DNA from: Zootoca vivipara | Taxonomy: Eukaryota | Length of the DNA stretch: 64,000 nucleotides | NCBI RefSeq assembly: GCF_963506605.1 | Contig: NC_083281.1 | Coordinates: 83,824,001-83,888,000 of the forward strand | Reading direction: 5' to 3' | Shown: piece after piece, positions 31,001-44,979 of the stretch | Position numbering within the stretch: position 1 is the stretch's first letter | How the letters are laid out: each line of letters starts with the position of its first letter | The notes under the pieces: model-generated | What the model saw: only the letters and a program-made list of their open reading frames with translations | Told to the model about the DNA's origin: nothing | Database searches by the model: none | Translations under genes and position numbers: made by a program

Positions 31001-33021
31001 AATTCAGCCCACCAGGCAATGGCAAGAGACCCAGACAAACCACGGTTTACCCACCAATGGTGAAGAATGTAAAGATGATGCTTCCAACCAGATTGTAGAG
31101 GAGGGGCAAACCACAGTAATGAGATGATCTAGGTCTGGAAAAAAAGGGTTGAGGAACCACTGTGGATCTTGAACCAAAGGTTTTGGGTCAATATGTGCTT
31201 CTTCAGATATAGTCTGGCGTGTATACACACCCAAAAGTTTGCACCAGAGTAATTCCAGTACTTTGCCAATAAAAGCTTGCTTCATCGACCTGTATAAATT
31301 ATGCACATTTCCATATATTTGTCCATTATTTGCATAAATTCATGCTAGTTCAGGGCAACAAAGTTCTTCCCTTGGCAAGTCCTGGTTTCCCTTTTGGCTT
31401 CATCCTTGCACTTTTACACCTTCCTCGGCCACCTTAAGATCTAGAAACTTGATTCTTGTACAGTGGTCCCTCGACTTACGAATGACTCAACATCCGTAGG
31501 TTTCGACTTATGAACGGGACAAATGGCCGCACGCTTACGAATTTTTCTACATCCGAACAGAAACCGTTGGTGGTTTTTAATGCGGTTTCCTCGACTTACG
31601 GATATTTTAATGCGGTTTCCTCGACTCTCATCATTCCCAGCCAGCATGACCAATAGTTTGGGATGATGGGAGTTGTAGTCCAGCAACACCTGGAAGGTGG
31701 GCTCCTTCTGTTTTTGATGCACCTTCCTCCCTATCATTATGGCACCTTACACAGGGCCTGGTGACCACAGCCTCTGAAACTGTTAACGTAACCCCAAAAC
31801 AGTCCCACAGCAGCTTCCCGTTGAATTTTCAGCCCTTCAGGTTCGGAGTTTGAACCCTCAGCCCGCCAAGGGGTGAAAGACCCGATAGCCTTATTGCCAA
31901 CAGAGATTTATACCAATAAAGACACCCAAAACCAATTCCAAAATCTTCATGGGTCAGGCTGCGAGCTCTCTCTTCTCAACGTCACCACCTCGGGATATTC
32001 CAGCCAGCTCCCCCCACGTTCTGGAAGGTACGCAAAGGTGTTGAGAGTTGTCGCAAGCAAGACAGGTGGATTTTAAAAACAAAACACAATAGCAATGCCC
32101 CTTGCTTTGTACCTTAGCAAGACGTAGAGCTGGAAAATGAAAGCAGCAATTCCAAGGGCAAATATAGCAAACTGCCTAAGGGGGGTAAGAGAAAAAAAAC
32201 CCAATGGTGTTTGTTTGTATGTTAGGGCATCTATATCCCACCTTTCCTCCAAGGAGATCTAGGTGTGGCATGCTTGGTTTTCATCCTCCCCATTTTTATC
32301 CTCACAACAGCCCTGTGGGGTAGGTTAGGTGGAGACACACACCCAGAGTCACACCCAGTGAGCTTCGTGGCTGAACAGGGATTTGAAAACTGGCCTTGCC
32401 CAGCTCCTAGCTCAACACTCATAACACTGCACAATGCATTAGCCATCACACTGTTATCTGTGGAGGCTGATCCAATAGGGTGAATGGGGTGCTGTCCCAC
32501 CAACCTCAGCTTCTCAGGAGGATGGGGAGGAAACTAGAATTCACTGGCTCTGCTTGTCATTGGCTCTGGCCCCACCTATTGTTCAGCTCCCTGCTCCCCA
32601 CCCCCCGCTGGTCCCAGTGCACACTAGTCACCTGCCAACCCTTGGGGAAAATCTCCCGCAGTTCCATAGTTCTGGCGGTCACTTGCAAGCAGCGTGTTAA
32701 GTGGCAGGTTCTTTTTCTTGCAACCAAACCACCGAAGTCATCAAGGAGCAGCTTGGCGCTGCAGTCGGGTAACATTTGACCAACCTTCTCTCCCCAACCT
32801 GGGGCTTATCCAGATGCACCGGACTACACGTTTCATTGCAGGGGGTTGGACTAGATGACCGTTGGGGATCCCTTCTATGATACACCTCCCAACAGCCCCA
32901 GCCAGCCCAGCCCAAGATGCTGGTACGCCCAAGATAAGGGTTCTTACAGTCTGAGTCGGTGACGCTTTGGGAGCCGTCGGCTGAAGTGGTAGGCTGTGTG
33001 AGCTAGGCAGAAATGGATCAT
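27903..33021 (-). CDS. Six-exon gene missed by the ORF track, encoding a 181-aa four-transmembrane protein (probable TMEM274 orthologue); complement(join(27903..28033,28944..29010,29895..30025,31055..31134,32113..32175,32948..33021))
   Basis: 546 nt; five GT-AG introns with matching phases 2,2,1,0,1; no internal stop: MIHFCLAHTAYHFSRRLPKRHRLRLQFAIFALGIAAFIFQLYVLLRPRSSHYCGLPLLYNLVGSIIFTFFTIGLALLLVMLEPVPWELKTTFFIFGGASFAKGVCTIIFTALATQCAKTTPELYYLSVTLSVSSLVSTAFFSVLGLFWLANVVFPGLILNKETKMGICYEPVSECGCLWHI*. The name comes from recalled synteny only. Confidence 0.88.
28944..29010 (-). CDS. 4-TM gene, coding exon 5 (AKTTPELYYLSVTLSVSSLVST)
   Basis: tgtcttccatag|GCT ... ACC G|gtaggt; 67 nt. Confidence 0.85.
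29215..29453. mobile_element. Tc1/mariner MITE
   Basis: TA-CAGTCAAACC.CGGTT.TCGAA / TTCGA.AACTGCGGTTTGACTG-TA. Confidence 0.8.
29895..30025 (-). CDS. 4-TM gene, coding exon 4 (G-LALLLVMLEPVPWELKTTFFIFGGASFAKGVCTIIFTALATQC)
   Basis: catcttttcag|GG ... TGT|gtgagt; 131 nt; partly visible in ORF 29832..30017. Confidence 0.88.
31055..31134 (-). CDS. 4-TM gene, coding exon 3 (R-PRSSHYCGLPLLYNLVGSIIFTFFTI)
   Basis: ttttttccag|A CCT ... ATT G|gtgggt; 80 nt. Confidence 0.85.
32113..32175 (-). CDS. 4-TM gene, coding exon 2 (L-QFAIFALGIAAFIFQLYVLL)
   Basis: ctcttaccccccttag|G CAG ... CTA AG|gtacaa; 63 nt. Confidence 0.85.
32948..33021 (-). CDS. 4-TM gene, coding exon 1 (MIHFCLAHTAYHFSRRLPKRHRLR); exon extends to 33039
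   Basis: Acceptor ctcttcctccccag ending at 33040; GCT ATG (purine at -3); donor CT|gtaaga; 74 coding nt. Confidence 0.8.
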
Positions 33022-33885
33022 AGCGGATCTCCCGAGAACCTGGGGAGGAAGAGCAGAGTCTCCCCTTAGGATCAGTGGGTTGATTCTCCTGGAATTTTAA
33101 CACGAGACCAGAAGCCCACCCGAATACCAGTTCTTTGCCCAACTTGGGGCCTTCCAGATTTTTGGGGTCTGTCTCCAGGCGCCTCACGCTTACAGCTCCC
33201 ATCGGTGTGCTTGGCTGGAGCTGATGGGAGTTGTAGTCCAAAACATCCAGAGGGCACCAGGTTTAAAAGAGGATCAAAACAAATTCATGGAGGAGAGGGC
33301 ATAAGTGGCTACTAGCCGGGACGGTTATGCTCTACAACTGGATATTATTACCTATAATGGCTATGCTCTCCCTCCATGTAGGAAGCAGGATGCTGGTTCC
33401 TGTGCTGTTGCGCTGGGGTCATGCTTTGGGTCTCCCCAGAGGCATCTAGCTGGCCACTGCCTCCTCAGGGAGCACATAATGGCAAATAACTATAACATTT
33501 AATTAAAACAGGGCTTCTCAGAAACGAGTTCTTGAGCGTGTGCAGAACGCCTCTACCTCACAATGCAGATTATGTGTGTGCTTATGGTTAGAGACATCTG
33601 ATGGGGGGGGAGGAATGGTATGCAATATTTAATATTAGAGTGGAGGTGGGGTGGTAATTGCATACATTGGATATTTAGAAACCCACAACATCCAAGGGAG
33701 GCAGTGTTCCTGAGTATGTGAGGAGTTCATATGAGAAGGACTGTCTTCCTCCTCATCTACTGTACAGAAATCTACAAGGAGGAGGGAGAGAGGGGGGAAA
33801 GTGACAGCTTCCCAGGGGAGAACTCCGGCACAGTTCCGTTAGGGAACTCGGCCCCTTCACTATTTCCTCCCCGTTTTAACCTTAC

Positions 33886-34150
33886 CAGTAGCACCGGATG
33901 CCTCGATGAGGTTCGGTACCGCCTGGCCAAGCCGCCGCTTGCAGCCTCTCTGCAGCCGCTGTCTTCCTCCGGCCTCTGGATCGCCCTCTGCGCGGCCCGC
34001 GCAACCCCCCCCCCCTTATCCCGCCCCTCGCAGATTGCCGGTCGCTGCTCCTTCCCCTAAAGGCAGGCGACGCGGTGCAGGCGACGGCAGGCAGCACCGC
34101 CTGCTGCCCGGGTGATTTCAGCTGATCCGAGCGATCAGGTTACAGGATCG
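33886..34150 (-). promoter_or_regulatory. Small CpG island: promoter and non-coding exon 1 of the 4-TM gene
   Basis: Local CpG enrichment; GC box CCGCCCC at 34021-34027; strong minus donor CTG|GTAAGG at 33886; no ATG in the exon. Confidence 0.65.
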
Positions 34151-35346
34151 CTTTCATTCAATTCCCCACGTTTCTAGCCCGGGGTGGAGCTCCGAAGACT
34201 ACAACTCCCATCATCCCTGCCTGTTGCCCTTGCTGGATGGGGCTGATAGGAGTTGGAGTCCAACAAAAAGCTCCAGCGCAAGGGTTGCCAAACTTCTCAC
34301 TTGACAATTGCTGAGGGTTTTGATGGAACCCTTACATTATTATTCTCCCCGCCCCCGCCCCCCGCCGTTAGGAACCGCAATGCACTGCTTTAACTTTGGT
34401 TGGTTTGCTTGTTTTGCAATGTAGCAGCATGTGAATTTTATGAAGTGAAATAAAAAACCAGTCGACAAATAGTGGAACTTTATGTTTGCAGATTAAAGGG
34501 CAGTTCTGAAAGTGGGAGTCCAGGGCTTGAGGCCTGTGGGATAGGGCCCAATCCAAAACAGATTACCTCCTTCTCGTGTTCAGAAGTACCGGTAGCATAA
34601 CCAAAATGTGTTTTCTTTAAGGCCCTGCTGGAATTCTCAGTGATTTATTTACTTCCTGCGTAGCAATGGAGAAAGTTGGGCTCTGCAGCTGGTTTTGAAT
34701 AAAACAAGTGTATTTTCTCATATGTGTTGCGTATGTCTGAAATTATTCGTATATTGCTTAATTTACTCTGATTTTGCAAAAAGCTGCAAGGCAACATTGG
34801 AAAGCTGCCAGCTACAAATTGGTAAGAGTCTGCATAATGTTTGCATATTTAACTGTGGCAACACAGTGCAGTAGAGCTATAGTTCCCTGTGCAAGGTTCG
34901 ATCCAAGCTAGATTTTTTGCAAGTGGTGACATGAGAAAAGGATGAAAAGAAGAGCAGAAAAGTAAATAGGAGGTTGAAAGTGAGGAGAAGTAAAGGAAAC
35001 AATATTCGAAGGGATGAAAGGAGAGAGATTAATTTTTCTCCTACATTGAAGTTGCAACAGCTTCACATCACTCATCTGCGTCACAAGCTCAGATGCAACT
35101 CTTGGTTGCAACTAATTGTCTTGCCCCTTTTGAAAGGGAGAATGAACATCTTGTTTATTCTCCAGCTGACAACTGCCTACCATAGTTATTTCATGAGGAA
35201 AGGGTTTTTATTGTATATTTATTTATTTATTTAGTGCTTATATGTTGTAAACTACCCTGTGATCTTCAGACAAAAGGTGGCATGTAAATAAATAAATAGC
35301 CTGGGATCTCCTTAATGCAAAAGCAGATTTCCCAACTAATGAGCTA

Positions 35347-35979
35347 CAGTGGTACCTTGGTTCTCAAATGCCTTGGTACTCAAACAACTTGGAACCCAAA
35401 CACTGCAGACCCAGAAGTAAGTGTTCCAGTTTGCGAACTTTTTTTGGAAGCCGAATGTGTTCCATTTTGAGTGCCACACTTCCATTTTGAGTGTTACGCT
35501 GAGGTCTGTCTGTCTTTGCTATTTGTTTTGCGTTTTTGTTTTTGAGGCTTGTTTTGTTTTGTTTTTGTGACTGTGTGGAACCCAGTTCAGCTACTGATTG
35601 ATTGATTGATTGATTGTGTGCCTGCAGTACATTGTTTATTGCTTTCATTTTATGGATCGGTGGTCTCGTTAGATAGTAAAATTTATGTTAAATTTCTGTT
35701 TTAGGGGTTGTTTTTAAACAGGCATAGGCAACCTGCCAGATGTTTGGGACTACAATTCCTATCATCCCTAGCTAACCGGTGAGGTGGTCAGGGATGATGG
35801 GAATTGTAGTCCCAAACATCTGGAGGGCCGGAGTTTGCCTATGCCTGTTTTTAAAAGTCTGGAACAGATCAATCCATTTTGCATTACTTTCTATGGGAAA
35901 GCGTGCCTTGGTTTTGGAACACTTTGGTTTTGGAACAGACTTCCAGAACGGATTAAGTCTGAAAACCAAGGTACCACTG
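35347..35979. mobile_element. Tc1/mariner (Tigger-like) non-autonomous element containing a nested hAT MITE
   Basis: TA-CAGTGGTACCTTGGTT / AACCAAGGTACCACTG-TA; nested MITE at 35719-35847 with perfect TSD tttttaaa. Confidence 0.88.
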
Positions 35980-36115
35980 TACAGTCTTTTGCTCAACCCA
36001 CAATAGCACAGGAAGCTGCCCGGTACTGAGACAGATTGTTGGTGCTGCCTTTTGTGTGTCTGCATGACGGTAACCTCTGCTTAGCCTCTTGTATTTCAGA
36101 TATATGCATATATAA

Positions 36116-39004
<2,889 letters not shown>

Positions 39005-42000
39005 AGGTGGCCGGGCTGGTCCATATGGGTAGGTGGGGCGCTGCCTGCCAGCTTCAGTCTTGATTCCTCCAAGCTCCTCTTTGCTGTACACTCTTAGAGA
39101 GAGTTCCTGGCTATCACATTCCTCCTCTTTAGTCTCAGTGGTGCCCCTTGTAGAAGACAACAGCAAGGAGGGTGAAGGCAACATTGGGGTGAGTTGACTC
39201 TGTCTGTCATTGGCTCTGGCTCAGCCTATCATTGGCTCTGGCTCCACTCACCGCTGGGCTCCCTACCTTACGCCCCACCAGTCCCAATTGGCAACCAGCT
39301 CCCACTGAATTTGAACAGTCCATCTTTAGATGGGAAAGGGAGGGAGGGAGGGCTGGGGCAACCTTTGAGAGTTTTATCAGCTTAGAGTTTTATTAGTGTG
39401 TTTATCAGCATTGTCACAGTCCCCAAAGCCATCCCCTTGCATGCCAGGGACTGGGGTCTTATGTAGAGTTGCCAGCTGACGTGTCAAAATCACACACACA
39501 CACTTTCTCAGCTTTTCTCAGCATCTTCGTCGGTGGAAACCAGCAAGTGATTTTTTTCATAGCACAATTGCCTGAGAGTGCCTGTGGGTTGAGCTGATGT
39601 TGAGGGCACAGGATCTGGCTGCTGGTCGAGAAGTTGCAATTATGTGAACCTGAATCCGAAGCATTGCAGAGTCTTCTACTTATACACACAAACAACAGGC
39701 CTGATTGTAATGCACCAGCGCTTCTCTTCTTTAGGACAGGCCTGCAGAACTTTGTGCACTGAGGTTGGACAGAACCCTTCTGTTCTTTGCTGTCCCAGGC
39801 AGGCAGCAAGACTGGGAGGTTTCTTCAGCCCACCGTGAGCCAGTATATATGACACACTGTGTATCACCTTCAGCTGGGTGGACCAGGAGTTATTCAGGCC
39901 TGTCCTGCTGTCCCCTTGAGCTGCTAAGCACCATTATGCAGCCTTTGGCCTCCCCCAGAGGTAAAGTCTGCAGAACAACTGTGACTAAAGGGTGGAATGG
40001 ACACACCCACTTCTGGTTGAAATCTGGCATCTTGGCAACAAGAGTTGAATGCTTGCTTTATTACTTTGAATTTCATTGATTCTAAGAATATGTGATTGAC
40101 TACTCTTCCAGTGTGCAAACTGGTCATATAGCCCTTGTCCACTCTAATGCTACCTAGAATTTGAAGTGCCTTGCAGGTTCACCAGCTCCTACATTCACAG
40201 AGTGGCCTTCTCCTCCTCTTGTTCGTTTTACCCCTGCACCTCCTTTCCCAACTGTGTTTTGCAGGTAACAATGATGACTATGAACTGAATGTATCACACT
40301 GAACCTGGTGGTCAGAATTACATTTCCAGCAGTTTTAATCCTAACCATGGTTAGCTCAAACCAGAGTTTGAACACCCAGTTCCAACCTAGCTGCAGTCTC
40401 TGAATTGCAGGTGGCTATGGTAAGCTTTAAGATCAATGCACAGGTAACTATGGCCAGCTCCCAAAGGAAACAGATAAGGGAATATGCGCCCAACAGAGGA
40501 GGAAGAGCAGGAACCAATAGGAGGTTTTCAGTCTCCTCTCCAGTTTTCCTCTACATGAATGCATATTGGAGAATGCTTTTCACAGAAAGACTGCATGCCT
40601 TTGAATCTTTTAGCTCTGTTGGTTCAGAACCGCCAACAGAAAAGAAAAGAAAAATCAACAAAGCTTTGGTCCTCTTAAACTTCCAAAAGAGATTGCACCA
40701 GATGCTGCAGCATATATCACCGCCACCCTGAGGTGATGTTATTAAATGATACTGGGATTTGCATGAAGAAAGAATATAGAATATTAGTGAGTAATTTAAT
40801 TTAGCAGGAGCAAGAATGTTCCGTGTAAAAACAAGAGAAGAAGAAGAACAGGAAAAGGAAAAACTGTGACAACGTGTTAGCAACCTGCAATTATTGCAGT
40901 TCAGCAAAGCAATCACAAGGCGATAATGCATTTATTGTATGTTATATTTTGTAAGATTGGGGAGAATTATCGCATACTAGAGAAAGAACAACGCCCAAGA
41001 AAACCTACAAAGGTTACCAGTGTTGTTATGTTTCACATAATGGGTGTAACAGATGAGGATTTGTCTTTATTCAGTTACTGAATGTTCTTGTATATAACAT
41101 ACATGCACACACAAATACCCTTTTCAATTTTTGGTGACTTTCTTGTTTACAATTATTATTTTTTTAAATGAATAATTAACAGGAACAGAACAGGGTCAAG
41201 AGTTTTTTGTTTACAGTCAACTTTCATTGCGAAATCGCACTTTGCCCTCCCCACAGCTGCACAACCAACCCTTTAAAATCATAATGCTGTAGTTTGAGAG
41301 CGTTTGTGTGTGTGCCCCTGCACTTAACCTCTGCAACGCTAGAGAGGCGCTGTGCATGAGCCAGGAGATCAACATGTGATACTTTGATAACTTCCTTACT
41401 CGACAAGTTTAGAATATTACAATAAAATCAGTATGACAAAATCAGTTCACAAGCTGAGCGTGTTCCTTTTGCACTGGGATGGAGGACATTTCTCTGCAGA
41501 GCCTTCTGGGCAATTTTTCGGGGGCCGCATGCCAGTGGTGGACAAAGTAACAAATATAAATTTTACCTTTGTACAGGGGGCTAGTTTCTACGCCCACCCA
41601 CACCATGGCTTCTCCATGCTCCCATCAAGGCAAGGCAGGAGCATGATCAGAGCTGAAGGACATAGTCCAGCCAGGCAGAAATGCACGAGGAGGGGGCGAG
41701 GGAAGAACAATGAGAGGCGTGGCCTGGGGGAAGGTGTGGCCTGTCAATAATCCCAAGGGGCAGATAGGACTGGAGGGCTGCATTTGACACCTGGATCTAA
41801 GAAAAAAGCTTTTTCCCTTGTCAGAGAAACTCACCAAATCAGCTCAGCCAAGCAAGACTATGGGTTATGTTTGGCTAATGGATATTGCCACTTGAATTTT
41901 CAACAAATCCGAAGTATATATTAGAGGGACGAAGAACCATTTTTCAGCACAACCTCCCATGGCCACGTTCCGGTGGTGCATTGGGACAAAGGCAAAAGTG

Positions 42001-43144
42001 GGTGAATCATAGACTCAAGGGTCATTTACTCCAATCCCCTGCAATGCAGGAATCTCAACACTCAGTTCCCCTGTCCAATTTGAAGCCACGCCAGACCATG
42101 CTTAGCTCTGCAAATGTGCTAGCAGTTTTATTGCTACACTACTAGGAGAACTGAATAGTGTTACCTTTGTACCGGAAGCTAGTTCCCATATGCACTGACA
42201 TCCCACACTCTACACACACACATCTAGGCATGCAAGAGGCACCACAGCCCATAACGGGTGTATGTGTAAGCGAGTGCACGGACTATTTTGATTAAAAATC
42301 AAGTCTGTTCCCTTTTTATTATCCCATGAGGTAGAGAACAATGGTGCACGAAGGACAGGAAGGTGACTCTGGTATTGCAATCCCAGATGGCCTCGTAACT
42401 TGGAGAGACTTGCGAGGACCAGAAATGTGGTCAGAGTTCGAGGTCTTTGTTATGACCGCAACCTACTTCTGCAGAGGTTGCTAAATTGTTAAGGGCACCA
42501 GGGTGTTTGCCCACTCAAAATAGTCTGATTAACTTGAGTTTTATGCGCCCCCATTTATATATAAAAAACTTTGGCTGAAGCGTTTTGCAGAGCAAAGGTA
42601 GCACATGAGAGTTTCTTCATCCTGTTATCTGCTTCATCTTATCTAAACCTAAGAACAGCCAAGTTGCTGGATCAGGCCAAAGGCATGCTCTTTTCACAGT
42701 GGCCAGCCATGTGCCTCTGGGAATCCTGCAAGCAGCACTTGAGCGCAACAGTACTCTCTCCACATGTGGGGCATCTGCTTATGTTCACATTTATAGTACA
42801 CAAACTGTGCAATGCACAGACTGAAGGGCCTCTGTCACTACCACTGGGTAGTTGCAGCTGTTCTTCCCAATTAAATGGGTCTTAGATCCAGGTGAGACAT
42901 AAGTAAGTTACTTCTGCATATGGGGCACAATCAGCTTGTGGAACTCACTGCCACAAGGTGTGGCGGCAGACCCTAACACTGCTCAGAAGTAGACCCACTG
43001 AAATTGATGACCATGGCTAACATAGGCCCATTCATTTCCATTGGTAGGACCTGATTGGATACAACCTTATTAGTCTTTATGTGGAGCTTCCATCTTGTGA
43101 GGCAGTCTACCTTTAATTGTTATTACTCTGTTATTAATCAGTAC

Positions 43145-43425
43145 ATGGATAGCTCCATTGGTTAGATCATGGTGCCGATAATGCCAAAGTTGCAGGTTCA
43201 GTCCTTGTAAGGGACAGCTGCATATTTCTGCACTGCAGGAGGGGTTGGACTAGATCAGGCATCCCCAGACTTCAGGTCTCCAGATGTTTTGGACTACAAT
43301 TCCCATCATCCCTGACCACTGGTCCTGTTAGCTAGGGATCATGGGAGTTGTAGGCCAAAACATCTGGAGGGCTGCAGTTTGGGGATGCCTGGACTAGATG
43401 ATCCTCAGAATCCCTTCCATCTCTT
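43145..43425 (+). mobile_element. tRNA-derived SINE with CR1-like tail, interrupted by a 136-bp hAT MITE (43256-43391)
   Basis: Head atagctccattggttag...gcaggttcagtcc; tail gggttggactagatga...cccttcc; MITE TSD gactagat at 43248-43255 and 43392-43399. A related SINE lies at ~48470-48610. Confidence 0.8.
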
Positions 43426-43477
43426 ACTGGAGGTTTTTTAAAAAGTTGGAAGGGATTCTGAGGATCATCTAGTCCAG
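43389..43477. repeat. Perfect 31-bp inverted repeat with a 27-nt spacer
   Basis: ctggactagatgatcctcagaatcccttcca (43389-43419) is the exact reverse complement of 43447-43477. Confidence 0.95.
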
Positions 43478-43612
43478 ATTTTTTTTTAAGTTGCTTTGCA
43501 TACAGTTCTGTAGCAGAGAAGGGAAACAGCAAAGGCCTCTTTTCTGGCCTCCCATAAGCATCTGACTGGCAACTGCTGGAAAGGAAATCTTGGTTTAGAC
43601 TAAGGCCTTCCA

Positions 43613-44187
43613 GATTTTACTTTCTTGGGCTCCTTGATCACTGCAGGTGGTGACAGCAGTCACGAAATTAAAAGACGCCTGCTTCTTGGGAGAAAAGCAA
43701 TGACAAACCTAGACAGCATCTTAAAAAGCAGAGACATCACCTTGCCGACAAAAGTTAAAGCTATGGTTTTCCCAGTAGTGATGTATGGAAGTGAGAGCCG
43801 GACCATAAAGAAGGCTGATCGCCGAAGAATTGATGCTTTTGAATTATGGTGCTGGAGGAGACTCTTGAGAGTCCCATGGACTGCAAGAAGATCAAACCTA
43901 TCCATTCTTCAGGAAATCAGCCCTGAGTGCTCACTGGAAGGACAGATCGTGAAGCTGAGGCTCCAATACTTTGGCCACCTCATGAGAATAGAAGACTCCC
44001 TGGAAAAGACCCTGATGTTGGGAAAGATGGAGGGCACTAGGAGAAGGGGACGACAGAGGACGAGATGGTTGGACAGTGTTCTCAAAGCTACGAACATGAG
44101 TTTGACCAAACTGCGGGAGCCAGTGGAACACAGGAGTGCCTGGCGTGCTCTGGTCCATGGGGTCACGACTAAACGACTAAACAACAA
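43613..44187 (+). mobile_element. Bov-B (RTE) LINE, 5'-truncated 3' fragment
   Basis: ORF 43625..44269 EIKRRLLLGRKAMTNLDSILKSRDITLPTK...DAFELWCWRRLLRVPWTARRSN; (CAA)n-type tail ctaaacaacaa. Confidence 0.95.
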
Positions 44188-44814
44188 GGCTGGAGAGCCT
44201 GTGGCCTTCCAGATGTTGGGATTCCTATTCCCATCAGCCCCTGCCAGTAAGGCCCATGGTCAGGGGTGATGGAAAATGTAGTCCCAAAAACACTGAGAAG
44301 GCCAAGGTGTCCCCATCCCTGGAAAGAGTTTTGAGCTGAGTCTTGGGCACCTTCTTGTACCCATATTAGTTCTGGGTAATTTGGGATAGAACCTGCCTTT
44401 GCAGAAGTAGTATACCTCCAAATGCCAAATGCTGGGAAGTGACCGTGGGGAAGCTCTGCGGGCTTCCCAGAGGCACCCTTTGCTGCCCACTGTCGGAAGC
44501 AAGAGACTGGGGCTTGGAGATACCTTTAGCCTAATCTCTGGCAGGGCTGCTCAGAAGTTCTCCCACGCCCCAGTTTTGAGAGAGACCCAGATTTGACCCA
44601 CATTAAGACCAAGAAGAGGTTAAAACTCTCCTCTTGCCTCCTCCCCACCCCGTGACTCATGGAACAGACACTTTTAGTTCTGAACAAAAGATTTCAAATA
44701 GCTTGAACTTTCCCCTCCAAAGTCCCAGCTGCAGCTGATTCTGGGCCCACCCCTCCAGTAGATTGGATCACACTCCCATCACCTTCAGCTGTGAGACCTC
44801 TCCTATTCTCCTCC

Positions 44815-44824
44815 ATATATATAT
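44815..44824 (+). promoter_or_regulatory. RBP7: Candidate TATA element for RBP7
   Basis: atatatatat about 85 bp upstream of the ATG in a CpG-poor promoter. Confidence 0.45.
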
Positions 44825-44906
44825 CTAGAGAGCAAGAGAAAGAGGAGGGTCAGCAGAGGTCCAGCTAGCTTTGGTGTTATACATATTAGACTTGTCTACT
44901 TCAGCC

Positions 44907-44979
44907 ATGCCTGTTGATTTCAGTGGCACCTGGAACCTTGTCAGCAGTGAGAACTTTGAAGGCTACATGGTGGCCTTAG
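44907..44979 (+). CDS. RBP7: RBP7 exon 1 (coding part)
   Basis: gccATGC; donor TTA G|gtaagc. Confidence 0.95.

Noticed and set aside
31004-31306. ORFs 31004..31306 and 32741..33241 overlapping hidden-gene exons
   Set aside because: They cross the real exons in the wrong reading frames; the phase-consistent frame differs.
43625-44269. 214-aa ORF, the longest in the track
   Set aside because: C-terminal fragment of the Bov-B LINE ORF, not a host gene; 5' truncated with no endonuclease or RT core.
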